Shown: positions 48,092 through 58,932, numbered from the stretch's first letter. The stretch: 64,000 nt of DNA from an uncultured archaeon (GCA_000965745.1 CP009479.1:1504001-1568000), one strand, 5' to 3'. The notes: generated by a model not told the origin, from the letters alone. Numbers and translations: made by a program.

Positions 48092-48799
48092 ATGAGAACT
48101 GTTATGAGGGATTTTGATACAAACATATATTACGCCCTGAAGGTGATTAAGACAAAAGCAGGACCAAGAAATCACGTCTCAATTTCTTCCAGTGATCTGG
48201 CCGAGGGAATGGGACTCAGCCAGCAGTCAGCATCAAGAATCCTGATCAGGCTTGTCGAGGATGGGTATATAACCAGGACGTTTCAGAACAGAAAGCAGAG
48301 GATAGTGCTCACAGACGCCGGGCTCGATGTTCTTTACAGGGAACTCGGAAGCCTTTCCAAGATCCTCCACCTTGACAGCACCATTTCCTTATCCGGCATA
48401 GCCCAAAGCGGCCTTGGCGAAGGCAGATACTACATTTCCAGGAAATTTTACATTATACAGTTTCAGGAGAAACTTGGGTTCATACCTTATCTCGGAACAC
48501 TGAACCTCAAAATCCTCCCGGCGTTCGAAAGCCCCTTGAGAAGATTGAGGAGCAGTCCAGGCATACATATTGACGGATTCAAGACAGAGGACAGAACATT
48601 CGGCCCGGTTAAAGTATTTAACGCAACAGTTAACGGTGAGAAGTGTGCAGTAATATTCCCTGAAAGATCAGTTTACACTGATGTTGTAGAATTGATTTCA
48701 GAAAAATACCTTAGAGGAGAATTCGGCTTAAAAGACGGTGATGCCGTCGATGTGTCGGTGGACCTTAGTCAACCAGATGGGGCAGAATCCGATCAGTGA
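48092..48799 (+). CDS. ribK: CTP-dependent riboflavin kinase with N-terminal HTH (RbkR-type)
   Basis: SQQSASR HTH, SGLGEGRYY, PYLGTLN and VELIS..LR. Confidence 0.9.
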   Translation: MRTVMRDFDTNIYYALKVIKTKAGPRNHVSISSSDLAEGMGLSQQSASRILIRLVEDGYITRTFQNRKQRIVLTDAGLDVLYRELGSLSKILHLDSTISLSGIAQSGLGEGRYYISRKFYIIQFQEKLGFIPYLGTLNLKILPAFESPLRRLRSSPGIHIDGFKTEDRTFGPVKVFNATVNGEKCAVIFPERSVYTDVVELISEKYLRGEFGLKDGDAVDVSVDLSQPDGAESDQ

Positions 48800-48804
48800 G
48801 GCAA

Positions 48805-49080
48805 TCAAACCTCTATCTGGCCCGCTTTTATCTCATTAACAACCTTCTGGAAATTCTTGTCAACCTCTTCCTCGTTTAGACCACACTCTAAAAGTTCCAT
48901 GTAGATTTCGTATGCCTCTTCCCCTTCGTCAAGCTCAACTTTCTGTATGTCCCCTTTGTACACTCTTACGAAGCCGCATGATCTTCCAACTTCAAAATTG
49001 AGTCTGTAGTCTAATTCAAGCGACACATCGAATTCCGGGAGATATTCATAATTCTTCAGATGATCTGGCATTCCAATCAA
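48805..49080 (-). CDS. Acidic hypothetical protein
   Basis: Clean ORF downstream of purL. Confidence 0.65.
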   Translation of the reverse strand: MIGMPDHLKNYEYLPEFDVSLELDYRLNFEVGRSCGFVRVYKGDIQKVELDEGEEAYEIYMELLECGLNEEEVDKNFQKVVNEIKAGQIEV

Positions 49081-49114
49081 AATATGGACTCACTATATGT
49101 AAGTTAGCCAACTT

Positions 49115-51433
49115 TCAGACATACTGGTCAAGTCCGGTTTCCCACTTTTCCCTGAACTTCTGCAAGTCCTCATCAATACAGACCATTTCGAGGTCCTTGA
49201 CCTTTGCCCTTACTCCGCCTGTATTACCTATCTCAATGACTTCAATCTCCTTTAAGCATTTGAGAAATTCTTCCCGGTCCTGTTTCCTGACCTCAACAAC
49301 AATTCTGTTTCCATCTTCGGAAAACAGCTTGTTCGCAGTTTTGTTATGTGAAACCTGAGTCAGGTCAAGTTCAAATCCGATAGATCTACCGAAGGCCATT
49401 TCAAGCACAGTCTGTATTAATCCACCTGAAGATATATCATGAGCAGCCATTATAAGCGATTCTGATGATGCTGCAAGAATACCTTCAGAGATAGTTTTCA
49501 ACTCCTCATAGTCTACGTCATCCAGGCTTTCCGAAGAAACTCCGAGATGATCCAGGTAGGCACTTCCCGAAAGATTGCCAGATGTGCTGCCAACAACAAA
49601 GATCAGGTTCCCCTCACCCTTGAATTCCGAAGTTACAGCCTTGCGCACATCTTTGTTTATGCCGGTGATCATTACAGTTGGTGTGGGCTTGATATTCTTT
49701 CCGCCTGACTGGTTGTAGAGGCTCACGTTTCCTGCCACCACGGGTATGCCGAAATACCTGCAGAATTCAGAAATTGCCCTGGAAGCCTCTATCAGCTGGC
49801 CCATTACTTCCGGTTCCTCAGGGTTTCCAAAATTGAGCGAATCTACCAGGGAATGGGGCTTGGAACCTGTGACAATGATGTTCCTGTACGCTTCTGCCAA
49901 TGTGGCTTTGGTCCCAAGGTATGGATCAATAGAAACCATTACAGGCTTGGAGCCTGATGTTATCGCAAGCCCTCTATATGACCCTTCCAGTGGTTTTATA
50001 ATCGAAGCATCTGAGTGAGTTTCCCCGTTGGGCAATCCGGTAAATGGCTTAACTATGGTATTGCCCCTTACAGTGTGGTCGTACTGCCTGACCACATTGA
50101 ATCTCGAACAGTTCTGTGGTCTGGAAAGAAATTCAAAGAGCAGGGATTCGTAATTCTTCATCTCGCGCGGGACAGGATAGCTTCGCAGATCTCTAGTATG
50201 TTCCCTGTAGTTCCTTGCGTATAACGGGCCCGTTGTGAGAAATTCCAGGCTGAGATCAAGGACTTTCTCTCCCTTGTATTTTACTTTCAGATTGGGTGAT
50301 TCGATAACTTTGCCGATGATTGAAAATTCTATGTCCCATTTTGAAAATATCTCCTTTATGGCATCGAGCTTGGAGTCTGAAACGGCCAGAAGCATTCTTT
50401 CCTGGCTCTCGCTCACCCAAATCTCCCAGGGTTTCATGTCCTCAGCCTTAAGAAGCACCCTGTCCAGATCAACCTCCGCGGATAGTCCCCCAGCGTGGCA
50501 TATTTCACCCACTGAACTAGAGAGTCCGCCTCCTCCAAGGTCCTTCATACCTTCAATCAGGCCCGCTTCGTTTGATTCCAGCACGGCATGGATCAAAGGC
50601 TCTTTTATGATGGGGTTTCCCAGTTGAACTGCCCTCTGGCTTTCTTCATCCTTGTCGGAAAGCACCCTTGAAGCAAATGTAACACCATGAATTCCGTCTC
50701 TCCCGGTCCTTCCGCCGGCCAGTACAAGATTTGCACCTACACTGGCTACCCTGCTCCTTGAGATCCTGTCCTTCCTGACAATGCCTATGCACCCGACATT
50801 CACAAGAGGCATCCCATCGTAGCTCGGATCAAAGTCAACAGAGCCGGCCACAGTTGGAATACCTACCCTATTGCCATAATCCCTTATTCCTGACACCACC
50901 CCGTTCAGCAGGAACCTGTTTGAAAGTTCAGAGGTATTGGCATTATTCCCTTCAACATCTCCGAAATAGAGCGAATCGAGGAGAGCAAGTGGCTGGGCGC
51001 CCATGCATAAAACATCCCTCAGGATTCCCCCGACCCCGGTCGCAGCCCCTCCATATGGCTCTATTGCGCTCGGGTGGTTATGGCTCTCCATCTTTACGAC
51101 ATATGCGTATTCATCGTCGAAGGAAACAACTCCTGCATCGTCTTCCATTGCCAGTATGGTGTCCTCCGTGTTGAGGTTTGAGAAATATTTCTTGAGATAG
51201 AATTTTGATGACTTGTAGCAGCAATGTTCGCTCCAGGCCTGGGCCATTGCCTGAATCTCAATATCCGTGGGATTTCTTCCGAGCCCTTGAAAGTAGTGCT
51301 TCAGCATTAACATCTCATCTTTGCTCAGAGAAAGCCCCATTGATCCGCTGATATCGGAAAGTACTGAATCATCGGTTTCAGTTATGTTCACAGTCTGTGC
51401 GTGTTTACTCGATGAGTCAGGCAAATCATTCAC
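49115..51433 (-). CDS. purL: FGAM synthase subunit PurL
   Basis: WSEHCCYK, ESHNHPS, DLGGGGL and SESQERM. Confidence 0.96.
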   Translation of the reverse strand: MNDLPDSSSKHAQTVNITETDDSVLSDISGSMGLSLSKDEMLMLKHYFQGLGRNPTDIEIQAMAQAWSEHCCYKSSKFYLKKYFSNLNTEDTILAMEDDAGVVSFDDEYAYVVKMESHNHPSAIEPYGGAATGVGGILRDVLCMGAQPLALLDSLYFGDVEGNNANTSELSNRFLLNGVVSGIRDYGNRVGIPTVAGSVDFDPSYDGMPLVNVGCIGIVRKDRISRSRVASVGANLVLAGGRTGRDGIHGVTFASRVLSDKDEESQRAVQLGNPIIKEPLIHAVLESNEAGLIEGMKDLGGGGLSSSVGEICHAGGLSAEVDLDRVLLKAEDMKPWEIWVSESQERMLLAVSDSKLDAIKEIFSKWDIEFSIIGKVIESPNLKVKYKGEKVLDLSLEFLTTGPLYARNYREHTRDLRSYPVPREMKNYESLLFEFLSRPQNCSRFNVVRQYDHTVRGNTIVKPFTGLPNGETHSDASIIKPLEGSYRGLAITSGSKPVMVSIDPYLGTKATLAEAYRNIIVTGSKPHSLVDSLNFGNPEEPEVMGQLIEASRAISEFCRYFGIPVVAGNVSLYNQSGGKNIKPTPTVMITGINKDVRKAVTSEFKGEGNLIFVVGSTSGNLSGSAYLDHLGVSSESLDDVDYEELKTISEGILAASSESLIMAAHDISSGGLIQTVLEMAFGRSIGFELDLTQVSHNKTANKLFSEDGNRIVVEVRKQDREEFLKCLKEIEVIEIGNTGGVRAKVKDLEMVCIDEDLQKFREKWETGLDQYV

Positions 51434-51671
51434 CAGCCAGTGTCACCTCATAATCGTGAATTACTGGATTGACAAGGAGTTTCTCAGCCATTTTCCTGGC
51501 CTCCGCGACCGGGTCCCTGACATCATCTGAGAACTCAATCTCATAGGAGCGGACTGTATTGATTGAACTCACTCCGGTGAAACCCAGTATGCTGAGATTC
51601 TTCTTGATCGTTAGCGCTTCGGGGTCCTCCACACCCTTGAGATATTTTATCTCAATCCTCACTCGGGACAT
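51426..51671 (-). CDS. purS: FGAM synthase subunit PurS
   Basis: GVEDPEA and LLVNPVIHDY. Confidence 0.93.
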   Translation of the reverse strand: MSRVRIEIKYLKGVEDPEALTIKKNLSILGFTGVSSINTVRSYEIEFSDDVRDPVAEARKMAEKLLVNPVIHDYEVTLAGE

Positions 51672-51695
51672 GAGAAGGGCAAGCCGATAAGCGAA

Positions 51696-52460
51696 TTAAA
51701 TCTTTCCCGGATGTGCGACCGGTACAGCCTTTAAGGCACTTATGATCGGCTTAAGAACATCGTAAATCCTGTCTGCTTTTTCCGCTACAGTACCAGTGAC
51801 AATGATGTCTGCTCCTGCCTCTGCGATCTTGGACGCTCCCACAGGATCACGAATGCCGCCGCCTACTATCAGGGGGATTCTTATGCTGCTGCTAACGGAA
51901 GCAACAACTTCCTCAGAGACAAAGGTGGGAGATCCGCTTCCAGATTCAAGATATACAAGCTTCATTCCAAGCATCTCAGCGGCCAGCGAATAGGCGACAG
52001 CCTTTTCTGAGTCAGTCCTGGAGATAAGCTGGGCATTTCCCACCCTGCCCACTGTCATGCCAGGCTCGAATATCAGGTAGCCCATGGAAATAGTCTCGAT
52101 CCCCATCCTTTTCAGGACAGGGGCTGCCATTACCTGGTGTGCAATAAGAAACTCAGTCGTTGCAGAGTTCAACAGGGACATGAAGTATATTGCATCAGCG
52201 TTATCGCTTATCATAGATGCAGACCCGGGAAAAATGATAATCTTCCTGCTTGTCCTGGCTCTTATTCTTGTTATGGTTTCTTTCAGTTTCGCTGGGTCAA
52301 CCTTGGTTGAACCACCAATCATGATATAATCTGTACCGGCCTTTTCAGCCTCTTCTGCTATCACTGCAGCCCTGTCGGACCCCTGGGCAGCAGGGTCTAT
52401 CAAGGTCATGTGTATTCTTTTCTTCCTTATGGAACTTGTAATTTCTTCATATATGCTCAA
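51696..52460 (-). CDS. Geranylgeranylglyceryl phosphate synthase
   Basis: TLIDP, MIGGS, YLESGSG and VGGGIR. Confidence 0.93.
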   Translation of the reverse strand: MSIYEEITSSIRKKRIHMTLIDPAAQGSDRAAVIAEEAEKAGTDYIMIGGSTKVDPAKLKETITRIRARTSRKIIIFPGSASMISDNADAIYFMSLLNSATTEFLIAHQVMAAPVLKRMGIETISMGYLIFEPGMTVGRVGNAQLISRTDSEKAVAYSLAAEMLGMKLVYLESGSGSPTFVSEEVVASVSSSIRIPLIVGGGIRDPVGASKIAEAGADIIVTGTVAEKADRIYDVLKPIISALKAVPVAHPGKI

Positions 52461-53272
52461 TATAAACCACCTATTGTGAACGAGATCAAGCCAACAATCA
52501 TTGCAAACTTTGACAGATTCTGGCTTGTGTGTGGGTAGCCAATCTTGTATGCGGACAGGAGGAACAGGGCGTCTGCCACTGCGACTGCCCCAAGGTAATA
52601 AACGGAGAATATGCTGAGATAATATGGCAGGACAGACATTCCCACTGCTACAAGAACGGAGGCAACCGCCACTGCAGATGCGATCCTGACCCCATATCTC
52701 CTGGGCAATGTAACTCTGTCGGTATCCCCCTTCATGTCTTCAATGTCTTTTATCACTTCTCTTGAAAGATTCGCAAGTGAAGCCATTACGAAGAGTATCA
52801 GCATTTTATACGTTGAATTCACTGCGATTCCACCAAAGATGAATATGAGGCCCACCATGATGCTTATTGAAACGTTACCGACGAAGCCTCTCTTTTTCAG
52901 TGTGTACTCATAACTTACTAGAAGTGCCTCAGCAATAATCACCATGATGAAGGCATACAGGGAAATAAACAGGGCCGCCAGTATGAGCGCTGCAGCAAAC
53001 AGGATCACAGATTCCGCCCTGGCCTGGCTCATGGTAATTGTTCCCTGCACAAGGGGCCTTCCCGGGTGGTTCACTCGATCGGAATCGACATCAACTATGT
53101 CATTGATTATATTCCCTGCACCAGTAACCAGAAAAACTACAATTGAAGCAAATATTACAGGGACAAGGTAGTTTCCTATGCCCAGGCCTACGCCTATCAA
53201 CCCTGAAATCCAGGTGGCGATTAAACCCATGAGTGCATTCACAGGCCTGATTATCTTTACCCATTGCTTCAT
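52457..53272 (-). CDS. Digeranylgeranylglyceryl phosphate synthase (UbiA family)
   Basis: NDIVDVDSDRVNHPGRP and REVIKDIEDMKGD. Confidence 0.9.
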   Translation of the reverse strand: MKQWVKIIRPVNALMGLIATWISGLIGVGLGIGNYLVPVIFASIVVFLVTGAGNIINDIVDVDSDRVNHPGRPLVQGTITMSQARAESVILFAAALILAALFISLYAFIMVIIAEALLVSYEYTLKKRGFVGNVSISIMVGLIFIFGGIAVNSTYKMLILFVMASLANLSREVIKDIEDMKGDTDRVTLPRRYGVRIASAVAVASVLVAVGMSVLPYYLSIFSVYYLGAVAVADALFLLSAYKIGYPHTSQNLSKFAMIVGLISFTIGGLY

Positions 53273-53308
53273 TGAACTAGGTCGGTAACCCTTCTATTTT
53301 TAATATTT

Positions 53309-54376
53309 TTATCTGTATTTTTCTGTCATTAGTTTGGAAATATTGTCATAGGCGGTCATCAGTGAATCTTCAACTTTCAAGCCGCTAAATGAATAATGAG
53401 TTCTGTGGGACTTAACACCCATATCTGCCAGGTGCTGAGCTACTGCTTCCATCGGTGGCATATTTGACCTGACATTCCGTGCAATGTCTGAAAGCTCCAG
53501 AAAAAGTACAGAAGTGTCTTCATTCTCCAGGTAATTCAGGTAACTTTCAGATTTTGGGGAACTATGGACCAGTTTCTCGTCTGCCATCGACTTTACCGTA
53601 TCGGGATTTGAAAGTTTTCCCTTCCAGACAGGCCCCTCATCTGCATCTTCATAAGTGTTCGAAAGCAGTTTGTGCTTGTTCAGCGTGCCAATCTGCTCAA
53701 GGGTATTATCAGCTTTCGCTGCGCCATGTTCCACCCTGAATATGACCCGGTAAAAGTGGGAATGCCAGAACGAAATCTCGGGCGTTGCTGCCATATCAAG
53801 GACCGCGGCTCTCTTGGCTATGTACGAAATGAGGAGCCTTATTCCCATCTCGTGCTTGAACATGTCAGTCTTGATGTATGCATCATATCTTCTCTTCGTT
53901 TTTGCCCTCACAGACCCTGTCAGGGAAGAAAGGTCAGTAGCGGTGGCTCCCACGAATCCCCTATTCCTGACGCCTGTTATGGCTTTATCGATGTAGGGGA
54001 TTATTGAGCCATACGGGTCTATATCAATAAAATCGAAAAGATGGCGTTCTATGGTTTTCTCAAAGCTCTCATTGAATATCTCAACTCTGGCACTGTTCCT
54101 CTCGATGTTATTCAGTGCAATTCTGTAAGAGGCCGGATTTATCTCCGACATAACGGTGCTTATGCCGGCTTCCCGGTCAACCCTTATGCCTCTAATGCCA
54201 GATGCGCCAAAGGCATCCAGGAATTTCTCGGGCCTTTTTGCAGCAAGAAATGACAAAGTAAGGTCTCTGTTGAGACGCTGCGACGGGTTATAGAAACCGA
54301 CCGTCCTTGTTCCAGGGCCTTTTTTAACAGGTTCAGAAGGTAACTCTATCTGGGCCGCACCTTCATTGACGATCAC
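53309..54376 (-). CDS. trm1: tRNA (guanine-N2)-dimethyltransferase
   Basis: FYNP...NRD, ASGIRGIR, DIDPYGS and TATD. Confidence 0.92.
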   Translation of the reverse strand: MIVNEGAAQIELPSEPVKKGPGTRTVGFYNPSQRLNRDLTLSFLAAKRPEKFLDAFGASGIRGIRVDREAGISTVMSEINPASYRIALNNIERNSARVEIFNESFEKTIERHLFDFIDIDPYGSIIPYIDKAITGVRNRGFVGATATDLSSLTGSVRAKTKRRYDAYIKTDMFKHEMGIRLLISYIAKRAAVLDMAATPEISFWHSHFYRVIFRVEHGAAKADNTLEQIGTLNKHKLLSNTYEDADEGPVWKGKLSNPDTVKSMADEKLVHSSPKSESYLNYLENEDTSVLFLELSDIARNVRSNMPPMEAVAQHLADMGVKSHRTHYSFSGLKVEDSLMTAYDNISKLMTEKYR

Positions 54377-54919
54377 TTATGAACCTTCTTCTCCGCGTAT
54401 AACTCTCAGGACCTTGAACGGAAGCAAGCTCCTGTTGATTGGTGTAATGTCAAACACCCTGATACCTTCTAGGCTTCTTATTTCCTGCAGTACAGGGTTT
54501 CTGGATTTCTTGTGAAGTGTTACTATTATGGGTTTCTCGAACTTGAGAGTCTCCTCTATCTCCTTCTGGATGGTCTTGGTCACGTTCTCCAGCTTTCCCA
54601 CTTCATCAATAACAATCACGTCTGCGTTTTCCCTGGCTCTCTGTAAGCTCGGAAGCAGAATGTCCTCAAGCAATCTTGTATCTACACCTATCTTGTCTAT
54701 TTTGGCCCGGGAAATTATCCCCTTGTCAGCGAAAACTGCTCTCTTCTTGGTATATATGTCGTATATGGAATAGCCGGTGAGTTTCCCATGCTCTGCTATC
54801 TCACTGACGAGTACGCCCTGAACGTTTGAGCCATCGTGTTCAAGCATCTCAATTATTTTTCTCAGAGCATCAGCTTTAATTGAGCCAACCGGTCCGGTTA
54901 TTCCTATCTTTACCGCCAT
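54377..54919 (-). CDS. THEP1-family NTPase
   Basis: IGITGPVGSIK, IVIDEVGKLE and ITPINR. Confidence 0.85.
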   Translation of the reverse strand: MAVKIGITGPVGSIKADALRKIIEMLEHDGSNVQGVLVSEIAEHGKLTGYSIYDIYTKKRAVFADKGIISRAKIDKIGVDTRLLEDILLPSLQRARENADVIVIDEVGKLENVTKTIQKEIEETLKFEKPIIVTLHKKSRNPVLQEIRSLEGIRVFDITPINRSLLPFKVLRVIRGEEGS

Positions 54920-54925
54920 TTGCAA

Positions 54926-55288
54926 CTATTCCTCCAGGTGCATTAATGGATAATCCATTTCCTTTATGTATTCCAGCTTTGCAGTTATCTTCTCATCGTT
55001 GTATTTTACTTTTATTGTGACGTCCAGCATCTCTCCGGAGAGTGTAATGTATTTGTATACTCCCTGCCTCTTCTTCACAATTTCCCTGTCTATGCTCACT
55101 TCAGCGTCCTGGACAAATGGCTGAACCATGACACTTTCCTTCATGGCATTCTGCAGAGAAGTCAGGTTGCTTAGATTTATGGGCACTCCCACATACTGGT
55201 GATAAATGGTGCCAAGCTTTATGCCAGCTTCAAATATTGCTCTTTCTCTGTCAGTACAAGAAAAATATTCGCTGGCCGGGTCTTTCAT
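54926..55288 (-). CDS. mptD: Archaeal dihydroneopterin aldolase
   Basis: RERAIFEAGIKLG..YHQ.VG and YPLM. Confidence 0.85.
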   Translation of the reverse strand: MKDPASEYFSCTDRERAIFEAGIKLGTIYHQYVGVPINLSNLTSLQNAMKESVMVQPFVQDAEVSIDREIVKKRQGVYKYITLSGEMLDVTIKVKYNDEKITAKLEYIKEMDYPLMHLEE

Positions 55289-55502
55289 TAATAACCTATA
55301 TAGCACAAAATTAAATAAAAGTTTTTAAATTATTTTGTAGGCTCCAAATTTACGCTTGTCGTCGTGAAATGATCAATAGGAAATCTGGCATTGGCGGAGA
55401 TCACATTTCAGGCATGTTCCCATAAGGGACTTCAACAGAAAATCGATACAATGAAATACCGGCAATTCCTTAACCAGATGATAAACTATTAGGTAGGACA
55501 CT

Positions 55503-55757
55503 ATGGCAAGACGAAAAAACAACAGCAACAATCTGGCAGAGGCATTCGTTTCGTGGATGTCATTCAACGCGGCATACAGAATTTTCGGACTGGCTATGGT
55601 GATTCTTGGGCTATCATTCTACCTCGCCTGGTCCATACTTTACAACACCTGGGCCGACCCCGGGCTGTATTCGGTTACGGTTATCCTGGTTGTGTTCGGG
55701 ATACTTTCACTTCTCCTGGCCGGTGAGAAGGAGAGGAATCCAGGAAAGCAGAGATAG
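55503..55757 (+). CDS. Small two-TM membrane protein
   Basis: Two hydrophobic helices around W.DPGLYS. Confidence 0.65.
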   Translation: MARRKNNSNNLAEAFVSWMSFNAAYRIFGLAMVILGLSFYLAWSILYNTWADPGLYSVTVILVVFGILSLLLAGEKERNPGKQR

Positions 55758-55759
55758 GG

Positions 55760-57163
55760 TTATTCTCCGGCATCTATAATATCAGATTCAAGTTTGGAAC
55801 CCAATATTCTTGTTTTTTTGAGTCTCCCGTTTTCGACAAACAGGCATTCAGAATAAGGGCTGTTTCTTCCGCCGGAAAGGTCCTCAGCATCGAGGTCGCC
55901 AAAAGCCTGGAGGCCGAACCTGTTCAACTCTGCCCTCCCCATCCCTCTGCTCCTGAAGATGAACACCGAACTGCTGTTTTCAGCAATGACATTTGAAAGA
56001 TGGTTTCTTGAGAGATCATCTGGATTTTGTGTTACACATATCACCGAGGCACGGTAATGTCTTGAATGCCTTATCATTCTCGAAAGCATCTCCAGCGAAT
56101 TTTTATTTGCCAGCACCAGATGAGCCTCGTCTATGAGAATCATCTTTCTTCTATTGGGATTCTCAGCCATTGCATTGTATATTCTCCCGAGAAGGGCAAT
56201 CATCTTCCTTGAAGAGTCATCATCCAACAGGTTGCTGATCTTGTATATTTCCACATCCACGTTTCCGGAGCCATTTTCTTCATGCTCGCTTTCCCTGTCC
56301 AGGTGGGGAATGCCCGAATCTGCATTTAGTGCTACTACTTTGCAAGATCCAGGAAACATTGAGCAGGCATATTCATCGAGAGGATCCAGAATTGCAATGC
56401 TGTCAACAGAACGTGTCGTTGCGAACCTCATCAGGAGTATTTTAGCGAAGAACGATTTTCCTGATCCCGTCTCTCCGAATATCAGCACGTTGTGGGAATT
56501 CTTGTTAAAAATATCCAGAAAGACTGGTTTTTCCGTGATGTCATCAACCCCAAGAGCAACTCCTCCCGCTTTGGGAACAGGGGTGAACGAAAGTGGGAAA
56601 ATTGAGGATGCTGAATGAGTATCCATCAGGTACGGCTTACCCACATTATCCTTTGGCGACGACATCTCCTTGAGCCTGTTTGTTGAGATATACTCAACGG
56701 GTCGGACGATGAGGCCCATAAGCTTCATCACAGACGAAAATGTAGCAGCACTCTCCCTTAATTTTACTGGATGTTCCGAAGATACCCTGAAGGAAGCAAA
56801 AAGGTTCACCAGAAGTGATCTCCTGGCCCCAATTCTTGAGGACATGTTCTCAAGGTCGTATATCTGGCGGTTCAGCTTCTCGCGTTCGGAGTCCCCCATT
56901 GTCCTGCTGTACCTGATTTCAGACTTTCTGTCTGCGATGTATTTGCCAAGTGTGGATGAGCTGACTTTCTCCGGAACAGGCCTGATTATGAATTTCATCA
57001 GAACAGGAAAGCTGAGAGATTCCAGTAATGGCAGGTAATCTGTCCCACCCCCGTAGTCTGAATCCACGAGAGTAAAAACCTGGTGGTGCTGATCAGTCGT
57101 GTAATACGCTTTCCCAATCTTGAAATTTGTGTTTCTCAACCTTCTACTATCATTCATAAACAT
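55760..57163 (-). CDS. VirB4/HerA-like ATPase (compact)
   Basis: LGVD..T.KPV, NSHNVLIFGETGSGKS, ILDP, LIDEAH and RHY...VTQNPDD. Confidence 0.85.
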   Translation of the reverse strand: MFMNDSRRLRNTNFKIGKAYYTTDQHHQVFTLVDSDYGGGTDYLPLLESLSFPVLMKFIIRPVPEKVSSSTLGKYIADRKSEIRYSRTMGDSEREKLNRQIYDLENMSSRIGARRSLLVNLFASFRVSSEHPVKLRESAATFSSVMKLMGLIVRPVEYISTNRLKEMSSPKDNVGKPYLMDTHSASSIFPLSFTPVPKAGGVALGVDDITEKPVFLDIFNKNSHNVLIFGETGSGKSFFAKILLMRFATTRSVDSIAILDPLDEYACSMFPGSCKVVALNADSGIPHLDRESEHEENGSGNVDVEIYKISNLLDDDSSRKMIALLGRIYNAMAENPNRRKMILIDEAHLVLANKNSLEMLSRMIRHSRHYRASVICVTQNPDDLSRNHLSNVIAENSSSVFIFRSRGMGRAELNRFGLQAFGDLDAEDLSGGRNSPYSECLFVENGRLKKTRILGSKLESDIIDAGE

Positions 57164-57176
57164 ACCTCATATACAA

Positions 57177-57902
57177 TCATGAAAGTGATTCAAGAATCAA
57201 GCTGAGCGTTTTCCCGTCCTCCACAAGTTCGCAGTTCCCCGCAACCCCAGAGAGGGCAGACCTTATCGTATTCAAGTCATCCATGAGGCCTCTGCCCGAA
57301 ATCTCGCTGTTTCTCCCATTCCCCCACACGATGATGAAGGATCTGTAGTAATATTGATCCTCAAACAGATAATCCAGGAATCTGTTGTAATTTTCTGATA
57401 ACCTGTCAGCTTCCTCTACATGATACATTTTGGAGTCCACAGAAAAGGGTATGGCAAGGAAACTGGCCGCCCTTCCCATGGAAGAAAAGGCATTTGAAAC
57501 CGCTTTTTCAAAATCTTTCCTGCTTTCAGGATTCAACGTGTGGACGTCTGCCCCTTTAACCTCAAGGCAGTATCCTTTACTTGCGCCCTTAAGGAAGAAG
57601 TGATTATCATTTACGGCATCCACCTTCACCCCGTTTGGCGGAATCCCGCGATGCGATGAAGCTTTCCAGAGGATGCTCCTTGCCACCAGAGTTCCTATGG
57701 AAGACCCTTTCCTTACAGGAACAAAGAAAACAAGGGCAAAAACCAGTGCAAGCAGAGAGTAAAACAATGATATCTCTGACACCATGGCCGCCAGTGAAAC
57801 AGAAACAAGAATCAGCACAGCATTCCTCGCTTCCAGTCCTGCAATTTTAGGCATGAAAGTGTTTATGTTTGCAGGTATCCTGTTATTGCCCTTACTCCTC
57901 GT
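57177..57902 (-). CDS. PrgI/VirB3-like membrane protein
   Basis: RIPANIN...KIAGL..RN followed by two TM helices and a soluble domain. The start is inferred at ACG 57902 behind a GAGGTG SD. Confidence 0.6.
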   Translation of the reverse strand, partial: TRSKGNNRIPANINTFMPKIAGLEARNAVLILVSVSLAAMVSEISLFYSLLALVFALVFFVPVRKGSSIGTLVARSILWKASSHRGIPPNGVKVDAVNDNHFFLKGASKGYCLEVKGADVHTLNPESRKDFEKAVSNAFSSMGRAASFLAIPFSVDSKMYHVEEADRLSENYNRFLDYLFEDQYYYRSFIIVWGNGRNSEISGRGLMDDLNTIRSALSGVAGNCELVEDGKTLSLILESLS

Positions 57903-58932
57903 ATGAATCCACCTCGAAGCGGTTATATTCAAGATCCCGTGCCAGGGCGAAATCCTGCATCGACGTCTTTTTTGCACGGGAGGCGAAAGTGCCTGATTTT
58001 CCTGCAGTGCCGAACACATCCCCAACTGAATTCTTTACGCTTCCTGACGCAAACTTACCTATTGCCCCCGCAGGACCTGAAACAGAAGATCCCAGAAAAT
58101 CCCCGGTATTCATAAGGGAAGTTGCCGAAGAACTGAGTATCGAGCTGGCGGTAACTAGAAGGTACGGGCTGGATGCGGCCAAGATAATAAATGCAGCCTG
58201 AAGAAGGAAGTTTCCATAGAAAATATGGGCATTATACAGTATTATCAGGATAAAGAAGGGGAGCGCATTTATCTCTATGAAAAGTTTCCAGAATTTGACG
58301 GCAAGGCTATCAAACCCCTTTATAACGAAAAAAAGGGAGAACAGTGGAAGTGTGGACACAAGAAAAATGGCAAGGGCCTGTCTTATTTCAAGAACTGCCA
58401 GGAGCGCTCCTGTTCCGACGAAGTAAAGTGAAAGAAGGAGAAATTCCATGACCTGGAAAAATGGATTTTCAGAGTAGCTTGCCTTGATTTGGGCAACTGA
58501 ATTCGAAACAGACAAGAGTGAATACCAGTCTACGGACCCATAGTTCCATACCTGGAGGAATATGGCCTGAAATATCTTCATTACAAAAATTGAAGTCTGC
58601 AGGGAGAAGAATGACAAGATGACAGCAAAAACGGACCTGTAGAGCAGGGAGGAAGGGAATTGTATTTTCCCCAGTGAGTTAGAAGCCATGAGTGCAAACG
58701 AGCCGGCTAGAAGCAGGGCCCCTGCGATTGTCAGGTATATACTGTTGTAGAGGGCGTTGAAAAATGCCATAAACGAACTATTTGCCGCTATCCCAACGGG
58801 GAATGAGTACTGCGGAGTCAACCCGTAATACACAACGTAATACCAAATGGCAGCAACTAACGCTATGTAGGCATGGTTAATAAGCGAAATAAGTGCTGAA
58901 AGCGTTCCAGGCAGAGTGGAAAGCAACGACAT
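57892..58932 (-). CDS. VirB6/TrbL (CedA/TedA)-like polytopic membrane protein
   Basis: About 7-8 TM segments; R...L....LPL...W.KLF pattern; Gly/Ser-rich tail; sits between the pilin and VirB4. Confidence 0.65.
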   Translation of the reverse strand: MSLLSTLPGTLSALISLINHAYIALVAAIWYYVVYYGLTPQYSFPVGIAANSSFMAFFNALYNSIYLTIAGALLLAGSFALMASNSLGKIQFPSSLLYRSVFAVILSFFSLQTSIFVMKIFQAIFLQVWNYGSVDWYSLLSVSNSVAQIKASYSENPFFQVMEFLLLSLYFVGTGALLAVLEIRQALAIFLVSTLPLFSLFFVIKGFDSLAVKFWKLFIEINALPFFILIILYNAHIFYGNFLLQAAFIILAASSPYLLVTASSILSSSATSLMNTGDFLGSSVSGPAGAIGKFASGSVKNSVGDVFGTAGKSGTFASRAKKTSMQDFALARDLEYNRFEVDSYEE

